Part shown: positions 31,901 through 40,118 of the stretch, one piece after another
Layout: the number at the start of each line of letters is the position of its first letter
How positions within the stretch are numbered: the first letter of the stretch is position 1
Virus record (IMG/VR): IMGVR_UViG_3300021962_000028
Coordinates: 1-64,000 of that record
Strand: one strand, 5' to 3'
Length of the DNA: 64,000 nt
DNA from: a virus
Made by a program: the position numbers and the translations under genes
Notes under the pieces: model-generated
Database searches by the model: none
Told to the model about the DNA's origin: nothing
The model's input: the letters and a program-made list of their open reading frames with translations, nothing else

Positions 31901-32467
31901 CCCACCATATAATTCGTGATATACACCAATCTTTGGTGAAATTTTAGACACAACATTATATGATATATCTTTTTGTAACCCTGAAAAACGAATGTTTGGA
32001 CTTGCGGTATAACCAGTAACTTGATGTAATTTTAACCTTCGGTCGAAAGATAATCTATCAAATTTTTGACTGTCAGACAATAAACCCTCAGTTGCGGTGA
32101 TTGTCACCCCTGTCATTTGTTCAACTAAACCATTATCAATACCCGTTAACCCTATATCACAAATTGTTTGTGAACTATAACAAGTTAAGTCATTATTGTT
32201 TGGATTATAATAATTTGACGATATTAGATTATTGAATGGGTTATAGGCATTATAGTTTAACACAAATAATTCACTATTACTTGGGTTATCTAAATCAAAA
32301 CTAAATGGTAACCTATTACCGTCATCTTCAGCAATAAGTTTTGGGGAGAAAACTACCTCCTCCTTATAGTCTCTTTCATCCGAAGATAAGGAAAAATCTT
32401 GTATCTCGGACTTATTAAGAAGATACCACTTCTTAAAATTATACTGGTTTATATTTTGATAGGCCAT
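28901..32467 (-). CDS. Large virion protein: ConA/LamG-like region, mucin-like Thr/Pro tracts, C-terminal L-type lectin domain
   Basis: FDGGISQFRMYTEPLS (LamG-like end); GADGYC..YIGFGAATGG..HNIVSW (legume lectin-like); TTTTTT and TPTPT tracts. Confidence 0.8.
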   Translation of the reverse strand: MAYQNINQYNFKKWYLLNKSEIQDFSLSSDERDYKEEVVFSPKLIAEDDGNRLPFSFDLDNPSNSELFVLNYNAYNPFNNLISSNYYNPNNNDLTCYSSQTICDIGLTGIDNGLVEQMTGVTITATEGLLSDSQKFDRLSFDRRLKLHQVTGYTASPNIRFSGLQKDISYNVVSKISPKIGVYHELYGGFYQGFYKLFGYDYTLYPERVNKGWSVEVLLKPRFIDEFNPPAYQTTLNNFYPNNKDIFFYLGTRAENKFYHRADGNPISDSGYTRVTESLTCLKTCACSSTAITNSNCIQVYQPTQESVSHNIDCECGCLETPEIINPDKDPKLDDLSNAIAFKLCGDPHNPQIGVRILRFTGDCVTTGTCSTTGVTYQTGYTVDNLCTPKGIYDFCQEVNPAFLQQEHWVQLDLVWERYTWFDTCDLWYKGGLGLISEDPYLFSLVNESVRLIEPKSDVGPDIDKRIEVVRLNERWLIEKEYRKGRIKVYVNGRIFHTFEDIEEIIPRALDTEKERQVGVPYNVSWGGGTQGLHNNLTFTGCPESLSGLVYQQDPECLPNNILSGTSLSGLTTNILLEQNFAGSFDGGISQFRMYTEPLSADEVKHNFLLLKDKFELFDFDCPNCAVIIPITTTTTTINPITTTTTTINPITTTTTTIIPITTTTTTFYHTPTPTVTPTPTPTITQTPTVTPTQTPTVTPTPTPTITQTPTVTPTPTQVQNCFLLQENGFYILQENGGRLIIECNTPIPVNDFNYLIIPDNDLNYITIPDGDFNYTIIPNNDINYALIPNGDFNFKVIPSNDITYNLIPINDIISKIIPNNDLSYEILSCTGKTFNLVVLPYQPPSNGNIIFPNFIDGGVATLDPNTFTLGGVYWNEIDRNGNNSYPYFENLQNPFVLTFAQGNRYVVYSGYSGSISYEFGMFFNNGNSGPEPQPQLTLIIPSIGNFNLSEPVCISYYNIDVPLPTSTPTPTSTPTSTPTPTPTPTPNLDGFDYTDFSSISGLELVGPYVEQTSNEIYLTSPTVASTGNLYRSTSVRYDRDFSLEWKSYIGGGTGADGYCIQWTTTNNTNGSGGGGIGLITESSTINAIGFYTYTVNNFRWFKNNVLQSTDSVSSGYFRQVLYFWADYTHSTQTLNLYFNTTNTKPGTPNKQYNGFAFDSTPYYIGFGAATGGAQDYHNIVSWKLTFV
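29985..30220 (-). repeat. About seven tandem 33-bp (11-aa) coding repeats
   Basis: NDFNYLIIPD / NDLNYITIPD / GDFNYTIIPN / NDINYALIPN ... Confidence 0.85.
30312..30590 (-). repeat. Mucin-like coding repeats (PITTTTTTIN x4, then TPTVTPTQ-type)
   Basis: 30-bp units such as GGGTTTATTGTTGTAGTTGTCGTAGTAATA and recurring GTAGGCGTTACGGTTGG. Confidence 0.9.
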
Positions 32468-32476
32468 AATTCTATG

Positions 32477-32503
32477 ATAAATACCTTGTATCGCAGTATT
32501 TAT
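32477..32503. promoter_or_regulatory. Divergent pair of putative late-promoter motifs (TATTTAT on each sense strand)
   Basis: ATAAATA at 32477-32483 for the minus gene and TATTTAT at 32497-32503 for the plus gene. Confidence 0.6.
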
Positions 32504-32517
32504 ATGTAAAAAGTAAA

Positions 32518-33375
32518 ATGATTCAAACGAATACAGAGTATTTTATTACTCCATATTATTTCTACATTACGGAAAAAAGCGATAAAATATCGTTATACTA
32601 TTCTATTGCGGATACTTTGGTAGAGTCCAGAAAGAAAGACGAAAAAATTGACTTCGATAAAAAAGATTTAGAAAAAGTTAAAAAAGGAATTTCATCAATA
32701 CTTAAAAACAAAAAAATAAAAACCAAAGGACAAATCAAAAAATATTTTGAACCAATTTCAAAAGAAAAATCTGAGATTGATGAGTTAGTCGATTATGACG
32801 GTACTATGAATAATTCAAAATACCCACCGATTAATTGGGGTCTAGCTCAGAAAAATATCACCGATAAAATTGTACCTGCAACAAGAATGCCAGGTAACCC
32901 TGTTACTCGAGGTTATAGAAGATACTATGGTGAATCAACAACTGAAGATAGTAATGTCGTTAATGAAGTTGATTATTCTGAAGCGTTTGGATATGAAGAA
33001 ACTAAAGATATGGACGGTAAAGAAACTTTCAATTATTTAGTTAAAAAAATGGGTATGGAACCTGATGATGCGAAAGAAAGAACTAAACAGTTCGGTAAAG
33101 ACCCTTCAGGTAATAGAACAAAAAACGCACCTACAAAGATTAGAAACAAAAAAGGATTTATTGATAGAATGACTTTGGCTGAAATACAAAGACAAAAGAT
33201 GATTAACGCGATTGATGAAATCTTATTGAATAAGAAAAATTCTGATGGAGAATTGGGGGAAAAAGAAGATAAAGCGTCTAAAATTATTAAAAAGAACGTT
33301 GACTCACTTAAGAAAATGGCAGAAAAAGAAGGTTTCACCATAAACCAATTAATTAAAATGTTAAAGAGTGAATAA
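32518..33375 (+). CDS. Hypothetical protein
   Basis: 285-aa Lys/Glu-rich ORF, first of a tightly packed operon. Confidence 0.75.
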   Translation: MIQTNTEYFITPYYFYITEKSDKISLYYSIADTLVESRKKDEKIDFDKKDLEKVKKGISSILKNKKIKTKGQIKKYFEPISKEKSEIDELVDYDGTMNNSKYPPINWGLAQKNITDKIVPATRMPGNPVTRGYRRYYGESTTEDSNVVNEVDYSEAFGYEETKDMDGKETFNYLVKKMGMEPDDAKERTKQFGKDPSGNRTKNAPTKIRNKKGFIDRMTLAEIQRQKMINAIDEILLNKKNSDGELGEKEDKASKIIKKNVDSLKKMAEKEGFTINQLIKMLKSE

Positions 33376-33790
33376 AGATTTATATGGGAAAGATTATAAA
33401 ATCCCAACACATATTATAGACCACTTACAAAATCATTCTGGAAATGAAACTATTGATAATTTATTATCCAAAGGTAATATATCATATTCTTTGTTGAAGA
33501 AAATTAAACATAGAATAGAGAATGGTGAGAAAGATTCTTTGGGTGGTGATAAGATGTTAGGATGGGTTAATCAAACTCTAAACTCTGATAGGGGTTCTTT
33601 AGAAAATTCTAAGAAAGCTAGAAAAGAAAGTGGGTTATCAAACTCATATAATCAAAGCCCTAAAGATAACGACCCTAAGGGTTTGTCTAATTTAAATAGA
33701 CCAAGTAAAAGTCATCACACACATAATGATGATATAAAAATAACCGAAAGTTTAAAACGAATAAACGAAATAATTTCAAAAATAATATAA
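33368..33790 (+). CDS. Hypothetical protein
   Basis: 140 aa; LLKKIK..LGGDKMLGWVNQTL; ends ITESLKRINEII. Confidence 0.75.
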   Translation: MNKDLYGKDYKIPTHIIDHLQNHSGNETIDNLLSKGNISYSLLKKIKHRIENGEKDSLGGDKMLGWVNQTLNSDRGSLENSKKARKESGLSNSYNQSPKDNDPKGLSNLNRPSKSHHTHNDDIKITESLKRINEIISKII

Positions 33791-33792
33791 TT

Positions 33793-34083
33793 ATGTCACA
33801 ACAAGAACCTATTGATTTGGCACAAACTGAAAAAAACTCATTAACTGAGATTGCCGAACAGGAAAGAAAAAAACTTTTTCCTAAGAATAACTACAATTCA
33901 ACGAATTCATATTCATCAACTAACCCTGACGCTTTAGCAACAGGTGATGAACAAGGTAAAGGTACGGGTGGAGATTTAGATGTTTACAGTACTTTCGCAG
34001 GTAGTAGTGTTGATAACGTTGAGAGAAAAAGTGAAATTAAAATTAACAAATTTAATTCATCAAAGACTTATCCTGATTTTTAA
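33793..34083 (+). CDS. Hypothetical protein
   Basis: 96 aa; YSSTNPDALATGDEQGKGTG. Confidence 0.75.
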   Translation: MSQQEPIDLAQTEKNSLTEIAEQERKKLFPKNNYNSTNSYSSTNPDALATGDEQGKGTGGDLDVYSTFAGSSVDNVERKSEIKINKFNSSKTYPDF

Positions 34084-34490
34084 TGAAACTATTAACTACA
34101 TTTACTAACCTAATTACGGAAACCGCGTCTTACGAGGATTTAATTGATGCGATTAAACAACGAAAGGTTATGATTATATACTATGATGGTGATGAACCAG
34201 GTGGTAGGGGTCTTCGTGAAATTGAACCTGTATGTATTGGTGTTAGTAAAGCAAATAATAAAGTAGTTAGAGCGTGGGATAAAGAAGGGTCTTCTCACAC
34301 GGGTTATAAGGGAGAACAACCTTTACCAGGGTGGAGACTTTTTAGACTCGATAAAATATTATCGTCAAAACCAACGGGAGAAGTTTACAATGAACCAAGA
34401 CCTGGTTATAATTTTAATGGAGATAAAACTATGGCACAAGTTATTCTTAACGCCAAGTTCGATAATCCACCACAAGAAAACGTAGCATAA
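34083..34490 (+). CDS. Stand-alone WYL-domain protein
   Basis: DAIKQRKVMIIYY..REIEPVCIG..VRAW..WRLFRLDKI. Confidence 0.75.
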   Translation: MKLLTTFTNLITETASYEDLIDAIKQRKVMIIYYDGDEPGGRGLREIEPVCIGVSKANNKVVRAWDKEGSSHTGYKGEQPLPGWRLFRLDKILSSKPTGEVYNEPRPGYNFNGDKTMAQVILNAKFDNPPQENVA

Positions 34491-34491
34491 T

Positions 34492-35064
34492 ATGAGTGAT
34501 TTAATGCAAAAATTGGCAATTTCAAAGGCCATTATGGACAAACATAATAATATTGGTAGAGGTGGAGTACCTCAAACAAATAATTATCAAACCCCTGTGG
34601 TTGAAAATTATGATGCTCCTGCAGCTAATTTTAACATACCTAGTGAATATATTTCAGAATCAAATATACCTACAACTCAATCTGCCGAAACCCCACCAAA
34701 AGACAGAATTTTAAATTCAAAATTACCTGACGAAATTAAACGACTTATGATTGAAAATCCTATTCAATCTGTAAATCCGTTATCTGCGAGTAATACTTCA
34801 GTGTTAAGTGATGAATTAGTTGAAAAAGCGTCTAAACTAATGGGTACTAACAAACCTAAACAACAAACTCAAATACAAGAAACTTCTTCTAAAACACCTA
34901 CTAATACTGATTTAAGAAGGATGATGAAGGAAGTGGTTCAAGAGGTATTAAAGGAGAACGGTTTAATAATTGAGAGTGCTGAGAAGTCAGATGAGATTAT
35001 GATGATTAAGGTGGGTAAACACCTTTTTGAAGGTAAAATATCTAAGGTTAAAAAATTAAAATAA
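34492..35064 (+). CDS. Hypothetical protein
   Basis: 190 aa; NSKLPDEIKRLMIENPI. Confidence 0.75.
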   Translation: MSDLMQKLAISKAIMDKHNNIGRGGVPQTNNYQTPVVENYDAPAANFNIPSEYISESNIPTTQSAETPPKDRILNSKLPDEIKRLMIENPIQSVNPLSASNTSVLSDELVEKASKLMGTNKPKQQTQIQETSSKTPTNTDLRRMMKEVVQEVLKENGLIIESAEKSDEIMMIKVGKHLFEGKISKVKKLK

Positions 35065-35112
35065 CTTTCTTTATTACCTTTTTTTTGTTATTCTTATGGA
35101 AAACATAATAGA

Positions 35113-36327
35113 ATGACAAAAATTAATGTATTAGTACTACCATCAGATAAAACAGGTGTAGGTAAGTTCAGGTCTGTCGACCCACACATCTTTTTACAAA
35201 AATTATATCCCGAAGATTTTCACGTAGATATTGACTATCAACCTAAAGTTGATGATTTGAATTATTGGAAAAAATATCAAATAGTTCACATCCATAGAAC
35301 CATAGCTCAAAACTATGATAATACCCCTACGATACTTAAAACGTTAAACGATTTAGGAATTGTAACTATTATTGACATTGACGACTATTGGATGCCAGGT
35401 CCTGAACACCCAATCTACGATTTAATTAAAAATCATAAAATTCACGAAAAAATTGTTGCCAACCTAAAAGCTGCAAGATACGTTACAACAACAACAACTT
35501 TATTTGCTAATGAGATTAGAAAAATAAATAAGAATGTTATTGTATTACCAAACGCAATAGACCCGAAAGAACCTCAATTTAATGAACCAACTTTAGAGTC
35601 AGACAAATTAAGATTTGGATGGTTAGGTGGTTCTTCTCACCTACACGATTTAAAATTAATCGAAGGGTCTCTATCCAAATTTAATTCTGAAGACCGAAAA
35701 GATTTACAAATTTATTTATGTGGTTTTGATACTAGAGGTACTATTACTGAAATTAATAGAGATACAGGTGAACAAAAACAAAGACCTATCAAACCTGAGG
35801 AAACTGTTTGGAATAAATATGAACAAATTATGACTTCAAACCGTACAGGTTTAAGTGAAGACTACATTAACTACCTTTTAAGATTTAAAGAAGATGTTTA
35901 TCCTAATGAACTTGAACAACCTTATGTTAGAGTTTGGACAAGACCTGTACAATCTTATGCTAAGAATTATTCAAAATTTGATGTATCTTTGGCACCTATT
36001 AAAAATACAATGTTTAATAGAATGAAATCTCAACTAAAGGTTATTGAAGCGGGATTTTATAAGAAAGCATTAATTGCGTCTGAAATAGGTCCTTATACCT
36101 TAGATTTGAAACACGCGTTAAAAAATGGTGAGTTCTCAGATGGTAATGCTTTGTTAGTTAATGAAAATAGAAACCATAGTGATTGGTATAAGTTCATTAA
36201 AAAACTTAAACAAAATAGAAATTTAGTTACAGACTTAGGAGAAAGATTATATGAGACTGTTAAAGACACTTATGATTTAAATAACGTAACTAAAACAAGA
36301 GCTGAATTTTATAAAAGTATAGTATAA
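35113..36327 (+). CDS. GT-B (GT4-like) glycosyltransferase
   Basis: IDIDDYW, VLPNAID, GWLGGSSH..DL, DVSLAPI..FNRMKSQLKVIEAG. Confidence 0.85.
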   Translation: MTKINVLVLPSDKTGVGKFRSVDPHIFLQKLYPEDFHVDIDYQPKVDDLNYWKKYQIVHIHRTIAQNYDNTPTILKTLNDLGIVTIIDIDDYWMPGPEHPIYDLIKNHKIHEKIVANLKAARYVTTTTTLFANEIRKINKNVIVLPNAIDPKEPQFNEPTLESDKLRFGWLGGSSHLHDLKLIEGSLSKFNSEDRKDLQIYLCGFDTRGTITEINRDTGEQKQRPIKPEETVWNKYEQIMTSNRTGLSEDYINYLLRFKEDVYPNELEQPYVRVWTRPVQSYAKNYSKFDVSLAPIKNTMFNRMKSQLKVIEAGFYKKALIASEIGPYTLDLKHALKNGEFSDGNALLVNENRNHSDWYKFIKKLKQNRNLVTDLGERLYETVKDTYDLNNVTKTRAEFYKSIV

Positions 36328-36328
36328 T

Positions 36329-36781
36329 ATGGACACTACAAAAGGAATTATTGGATTTACTGCGGGTAATTTTGATTTATTACATCCAGGTTACATTTAT
36401 ACGTTTGAGGAAGCAAAGAGACACTGTGATTATTTTATGGTATTTCTTCAAATTGACCCATCTGAAACACGATTTACCAAATATAAGCCAGTTGTACCCG
36501 TATATGAAAGATACAAGACATTAATGGCTATTAAATATATTGATGAGGTTGTAACCTACCAAACTGAAGATGAATTACTTAAATTAATGGAGTTTTTTAA
36601 ACCTGACGTTAGAATTTTAGGTGACGACTATATTGGTAAAAGATTCACGGGAGACCATTTACCAATTAAAGTTGTTTACACGACTAGGTCACATAATTGG
36701 TCTACAACTAAGATTAAAGATTTAATTACAATTCAAACAATCAAACAAAATCCTGATATTATTAACGAAATAAATAAATAA
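36329..36781 (+). CDS. TagD-like cytidylyltransferase
   Basis: GFTAGNFDLLHPGY, ER..L.AIKYIDEV, LGDDY, R..WSTT. Confidence 0.85.
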   Translation: MDTTKGIIGFTAGNFDLLHPGYIYTFEEAKRHCDYFMVFLQIDPSETRFTKYKPVVPVYERYKTLMAIKYIDEVVTYQTEDELLKLMEFFKPDVRILGDDYIGKRFTGDHLPIKVVYTTRSHNWSTTKIKDLITIQTIKQNPDIINEINK

Positions 36782-36784
36782 ACT

Positions 36785-37492
36785 ATGATTAAAATTCCAA
36801 TTACCAAAATATTGTTTCTTGACATTGAAACTGTTGGTGGATGTAAAGACTATGAGACCTGTAAGGTTAGTAATCCTAAAGTTGCCGAACAATTCATTAA
36901 ATATATTGATTGGTTCCATAAAAGATTTCCTGAAGATTCTCAGTTGTCCTTGGATGAGGTTTTTGCAAAACGAACCGCACTTGTTCCTGAATTTGCAAAG
37001 ATTATTTGTGTTAGTGTAGCCTTTGTATTGGATAATGGTGAAATTAAAAGACAAACATTTTCAGGTGATGATGAAAAAGAATTGTTGGAAGGGGTTCAAA
37101 AATTACTTAATAGATGTGGAAAGTTAGACTTCTTCCTATGTGGACATAACCTTAAAAACTTTGATATTCCTATGTTGGCAAAACGTATGATTATCAATGG
37201 GTTAATGCCATCATCGATTCTACCGTCCTATGACACTAAACCTTGGGAAATTAAGGCGATTGATACTAAAGAAATTTGGCAATATGGGGCATATACCGCA
37301 ATTGGTTCATTAGATTTAATGTGTGCTTGTATGGATATTCCATCCCCTAAAAATGGCGAAGTAACGGGAGATAAAGTCCACGATGCGTATTGGAATAAAA
37401 ATATGTTAAAAGAAATTTCAGAATACTGTGAACGAGATGTGGATGTATTAATTGACGCAATAAAAAAATTAAAAGAACTTAAAATAAATTAA
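36785..37492 (+). CDS. PolB-like 3'-5' exonuclease (DEDD)
   Basis: FLDIET, GHNLKNFDIP, YCERDV. Confidence 0.85.
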   Translation: MIKIPITKILFLDIETVGGCKDYETCKVSNPKVAEQFIKYIDWFHKRFPEDSQLSLDEVFAKRTALVPEFAKIICVSVAFVLDNGEIKRQTFSGDDEKELLEGVQKLLNRCGKLDFFLCGHNLKNFDIPMLAKRMIINGLMPSSILPSYDTKPWEIKAIDTKEIWQYGAYTAIGSLDLMCACMDIPSPKNGEVTGDKVHDAYWNKNMLKEISEYCERDVDVLIDAIKKLKELKIN

Positions 37493-37494
37493 AT

Positions 37495-38067
37495 ATGAAC
37501 ATAGACGAACTTGAAGACCTATTCACTGACGATGAATCGGAATTAAAAAAAATGTTATTAGATATGGGTGTGGATTTGGACGACCTTGAGAAGGAGTTTG
37601 CCAATTACCATCCAAGAAAACCTTTAAAATATGAGGTAATATCTGATGATGCGGTAGAACCGTCATATAATTACCCCTCAGATTCAGGGTTTGATTTATA
37701 CTCAACGGAAGAGGTTACGTTAGAACCTTTTGGAAGAGCCCTTATCCCAACGGGATTAAAATTTGATATTCCTGATGGGAGTGAAATTCAGGTTAGACCT
37801 AAAAGTGGTTTGGCTCTAAAACAAGGGTTAACTGTGTTAAATACACCAGGGACTGTAGATTCAGGTTATAATGGTGAGATACAGGTAATTGTATTCAATA
37901 CCAATCCAAAACCATTTACAGTTGATAAAGGTATGAAAATCGCTCAAGCGGTTCTTTGTCCTGTAGTTAACGGTAACTGGGTAGAATTAATTAAAGTAGA
38001 TTCTGTGGAAGAAAAGGATAGAGGTGATAATGGGTTTGGTTCAACAGGAATTAATTTTAAAAAATAA
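37495..38067 (+). CDS. dut: Trimeric dUTPase
   Basis: SGFDLY, RPKSGLA, GTVDSGYNGE, KIAQ, RGDNGFGSTG. Confidence 0.95.
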   Translation: MNIDELEDLFTDDESELKKMLLDMGVDLDDLEKEFANYHPRKPLKYEVISDDAVEPSYNYPSDSGFDLYSTEEVTLEPFGRALIPTGLKFDIPDGSEIQVRPKSGLALKQGLTVLNTPGTVDSGYNGEIQVIVFNTNPKPFTVDKGMKIAQAVLCPVVNGNWVELIKVDSVEEKDRGDNGFGSTGINFKK

Positions 38068-38074
38068 AAAATAT

Positions 38075-38635
38075 ATGGAAAATTTAAAATATGTTATGAG
38101 ACCTTCAGGGTCTAATTTAGAAATAGAACTAAGAAATTTTTGTAAGGAATTAAGGACAATAGTGGGTGAGTCCCCAACTATAGTTGAATTAGGCTCGTAT
38201 ATGGGAGAAAGTAGTTTAATATTCTCCGAAGAGTTTCCAAACGGGACAATATATTGTATTGATAGCTGGGAGGGGGGATTTGACCATTCAGACACTTGTA
38301 GTAGAGACGATTATAATATGGTTGAAGAACAATTTAATAAAAGATTAGCGTTAACTAAAAATATTACAAAAATTAAAGGTCTCTCAACTAGTGAAAAGAT
38401 TGAATGTGATGTGGTGTACATCGACGCTTGTCATCAATATGAATGTGTTAAGTCCGACATTTTACATTGGCAACCATTGGTTAGGAAAGTAATCTCAGGT
38501 CACGACTATTATACGAATGACGCTTTTATTCGAATTCATCCTCATATTGCAGGAGTTAAATTAGCCGTTGATGAACTATTAGGCACTCCCGACCGATTAT
38601 TTAACGATGGGTCTTGGATTAAAATAAAAAAATAA
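38075..38635 (+). CDS. Class I SAM-dependent methyltransferase (Methyltransf_24-like)
   Basis: VELGSYMGES, CIDSW, YIDACHQYECVKSD, SGHDY; ATG at 38075. Confidence 0.85.
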   Translation: MENLKYVMRPSGSNLEIELRNFCKELRTIVGESPTIVELGSYMGESSLIFSEEFPNGTIYCIDSWEGGFDHSDTCSRDDYNMVEEQFNKRLALTKNITKIKGLSTSEKIECDVVYIDACHQYECVKSDILHWQPLVRKVISGHDYYTNDAFIRIHPHIAGVKLAVDELLGTPDRLFNDGSWIKIKK

Positions 38636-38637
38636 AT

Positions 38638-39342
38638 ATGGTTACAGTACATTTGATTACATATAATGAAGAGCTAATGATTGAGTTTTTCGTTAAACAC
38701 TACCGTAAACTTTTTCCTAATTGTGTTATTAAGGTCTACGACAATTACTCAACTGATGAGACTGTAAAAATTGCAGAAAATTTAGGTTGTCAAATCAATT
38801 ACTACGATTCAAACAACAAATTATCCGACTCTAAATTCTTAGAAATTAAAAATAACTGTTGGAAAGATTCTGAAACTGATTGGGTTGTGGTTTGTGATTG
38901 TGATGAATTAATCTCAATAACTGAAGAAGAATTGATTAACGAATCAAATAATGGTGTTACGTTATTTAAATTCGACGGATACAATATGGTTAACACTGAA
39001 GGTCCACTTAATTTGCACGAATTAAGTTTTGGATTTAGAGACACGATTTACGATAAAACATTACTTTTCAATAAATCCAAAATTAACGATATTAATTATC
39101 AACCAGGATGTCACGTATGTGGTCCAAGTGGTGAGGTAAAATATAGTACCAATATTTACAAAATGTTACACTATAAATATTTGGGGGTTGAATACACCGT
39201 AAGTCGTTACAAAATGTTTGCGGATAGATTATCGGATGAAAATAAAAGAATGGGTTGGTCTTATCACTACGCCGAAAACGAAGCGAAACTTCGAAGATAC
39301 TATAGTGAAATGAACTCAAGAGGGTTAATAAAACTTATTTAA
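38638..39342 (+). CDS. GT2-like glycosyltransferase
   Basis: TYNEE..FFVKHY, VYDNYSTDET, WVVVCDCDE. Confidence 0.85.
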   Translation: MVTVHLITYNEELMIEFFVKHYRKLFPNCVIKVYDNYSTDETVKIAENLGCQINYYDSNNKLSDSKFLEIKNNCWKDSETDWVVVCDCDELISITEEELINESNNGVTLFKFDGYNMVNTEGPLNLHELSFGFRDTIYDKTLLFNKSKINDINYQPGCHVCGPSGEVKYSTNIYKMLHYKYLGVEYTVSRYKMFADRLSDENKRMGWSYHYAENEAKLRRYYSEMNSRGLIKLI

Positions 39343-39344
39343 TT

Positions 39345-40118
39345 ATGTATTGGTTTTCAGGAGTAAACAATCACGATAAAAACAAATATCAGAGTTACAT
39401 CAAAATGTATACTGTTGCGGTATTATCCGCAAAAAAAACTAACCCAAGTATTAAACCTTATTTAATACTTGATGGAGAGGTTGATGAATATTTGGAAAAT
39501 TTAGAAGATTTAGGGGTGACGATAGTGAACCATAAATCATTATTTTATGATTCTCTATTATCACATTACAAAACAAACACTACCGCATTTGGTGCATTCT
39601 TAAGAATTGACATACCAAAAATTTGTGAAAAATTAAACATAGAAGACGAATATATCTTATACACGGATAATGATGTTTTGTTTATGGATGATGTTTCAAA
39701 ATTAAACGAACTAACACCAAATTATTTTATGGCTTCGGGTGAATTTGATAAAAATTTTGTACCGTCATTAATTAATACGGGGGTAATGTGGATTAATTGG
39801 AAAAATATGAATGAAATTTATAACGAATTTGTTTTCTTCATTAAATTAAACTTAAGTAAATTTCAAACGTATGACCAAGACGCTATTAGAATGTTTTTTA
39901 AAGATAAGATTGAATCTTTAGATTTTAATTACAATTATAAACCATATTGGGGTTATAGTGATGAAGTTAAAATTTTACATTTTCACGGGCCTAAACCTAC
40001 GTTTACTGATAATGAATATAAGAACTTCCCTTACAAACAAATGGTTACACCATACTACCAAACAATGGTAGAAAAATTTAAAGAAATATATGATAACAGT
40101 AATTTATTCGACGCATAA
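39345..40118 (+). CDS. GT8-like glycosyltransferase
   Basis: FLRIDIP, LYTDNDVLF, NTGVM, DQD, ILHFHGPKP. Confidence 0.85.
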   Translation: MYWFSGVNNHDKNKYQSYIKMYTVAVLSAKKTNPSIKPYLILDGEVDEYLENLEDLGVTIVNHKSLFYDSLLSHYKTNTTAFGAFLRIDIPKICEKLNIEDEYILYTDNDVLFMDDVSKLNELTPNYFMASGEFDKNFVPSLINTGVMWINWKNMNEIYNEFVFFIKLNLSKFQTYDQDAIRMFFKDKIESLDFNYNYKPYWGYSDEVKILHFHGPKPTFTDNEYKNFPYKQMVTPYYQTMVEKFKEIYDNSNLFDA

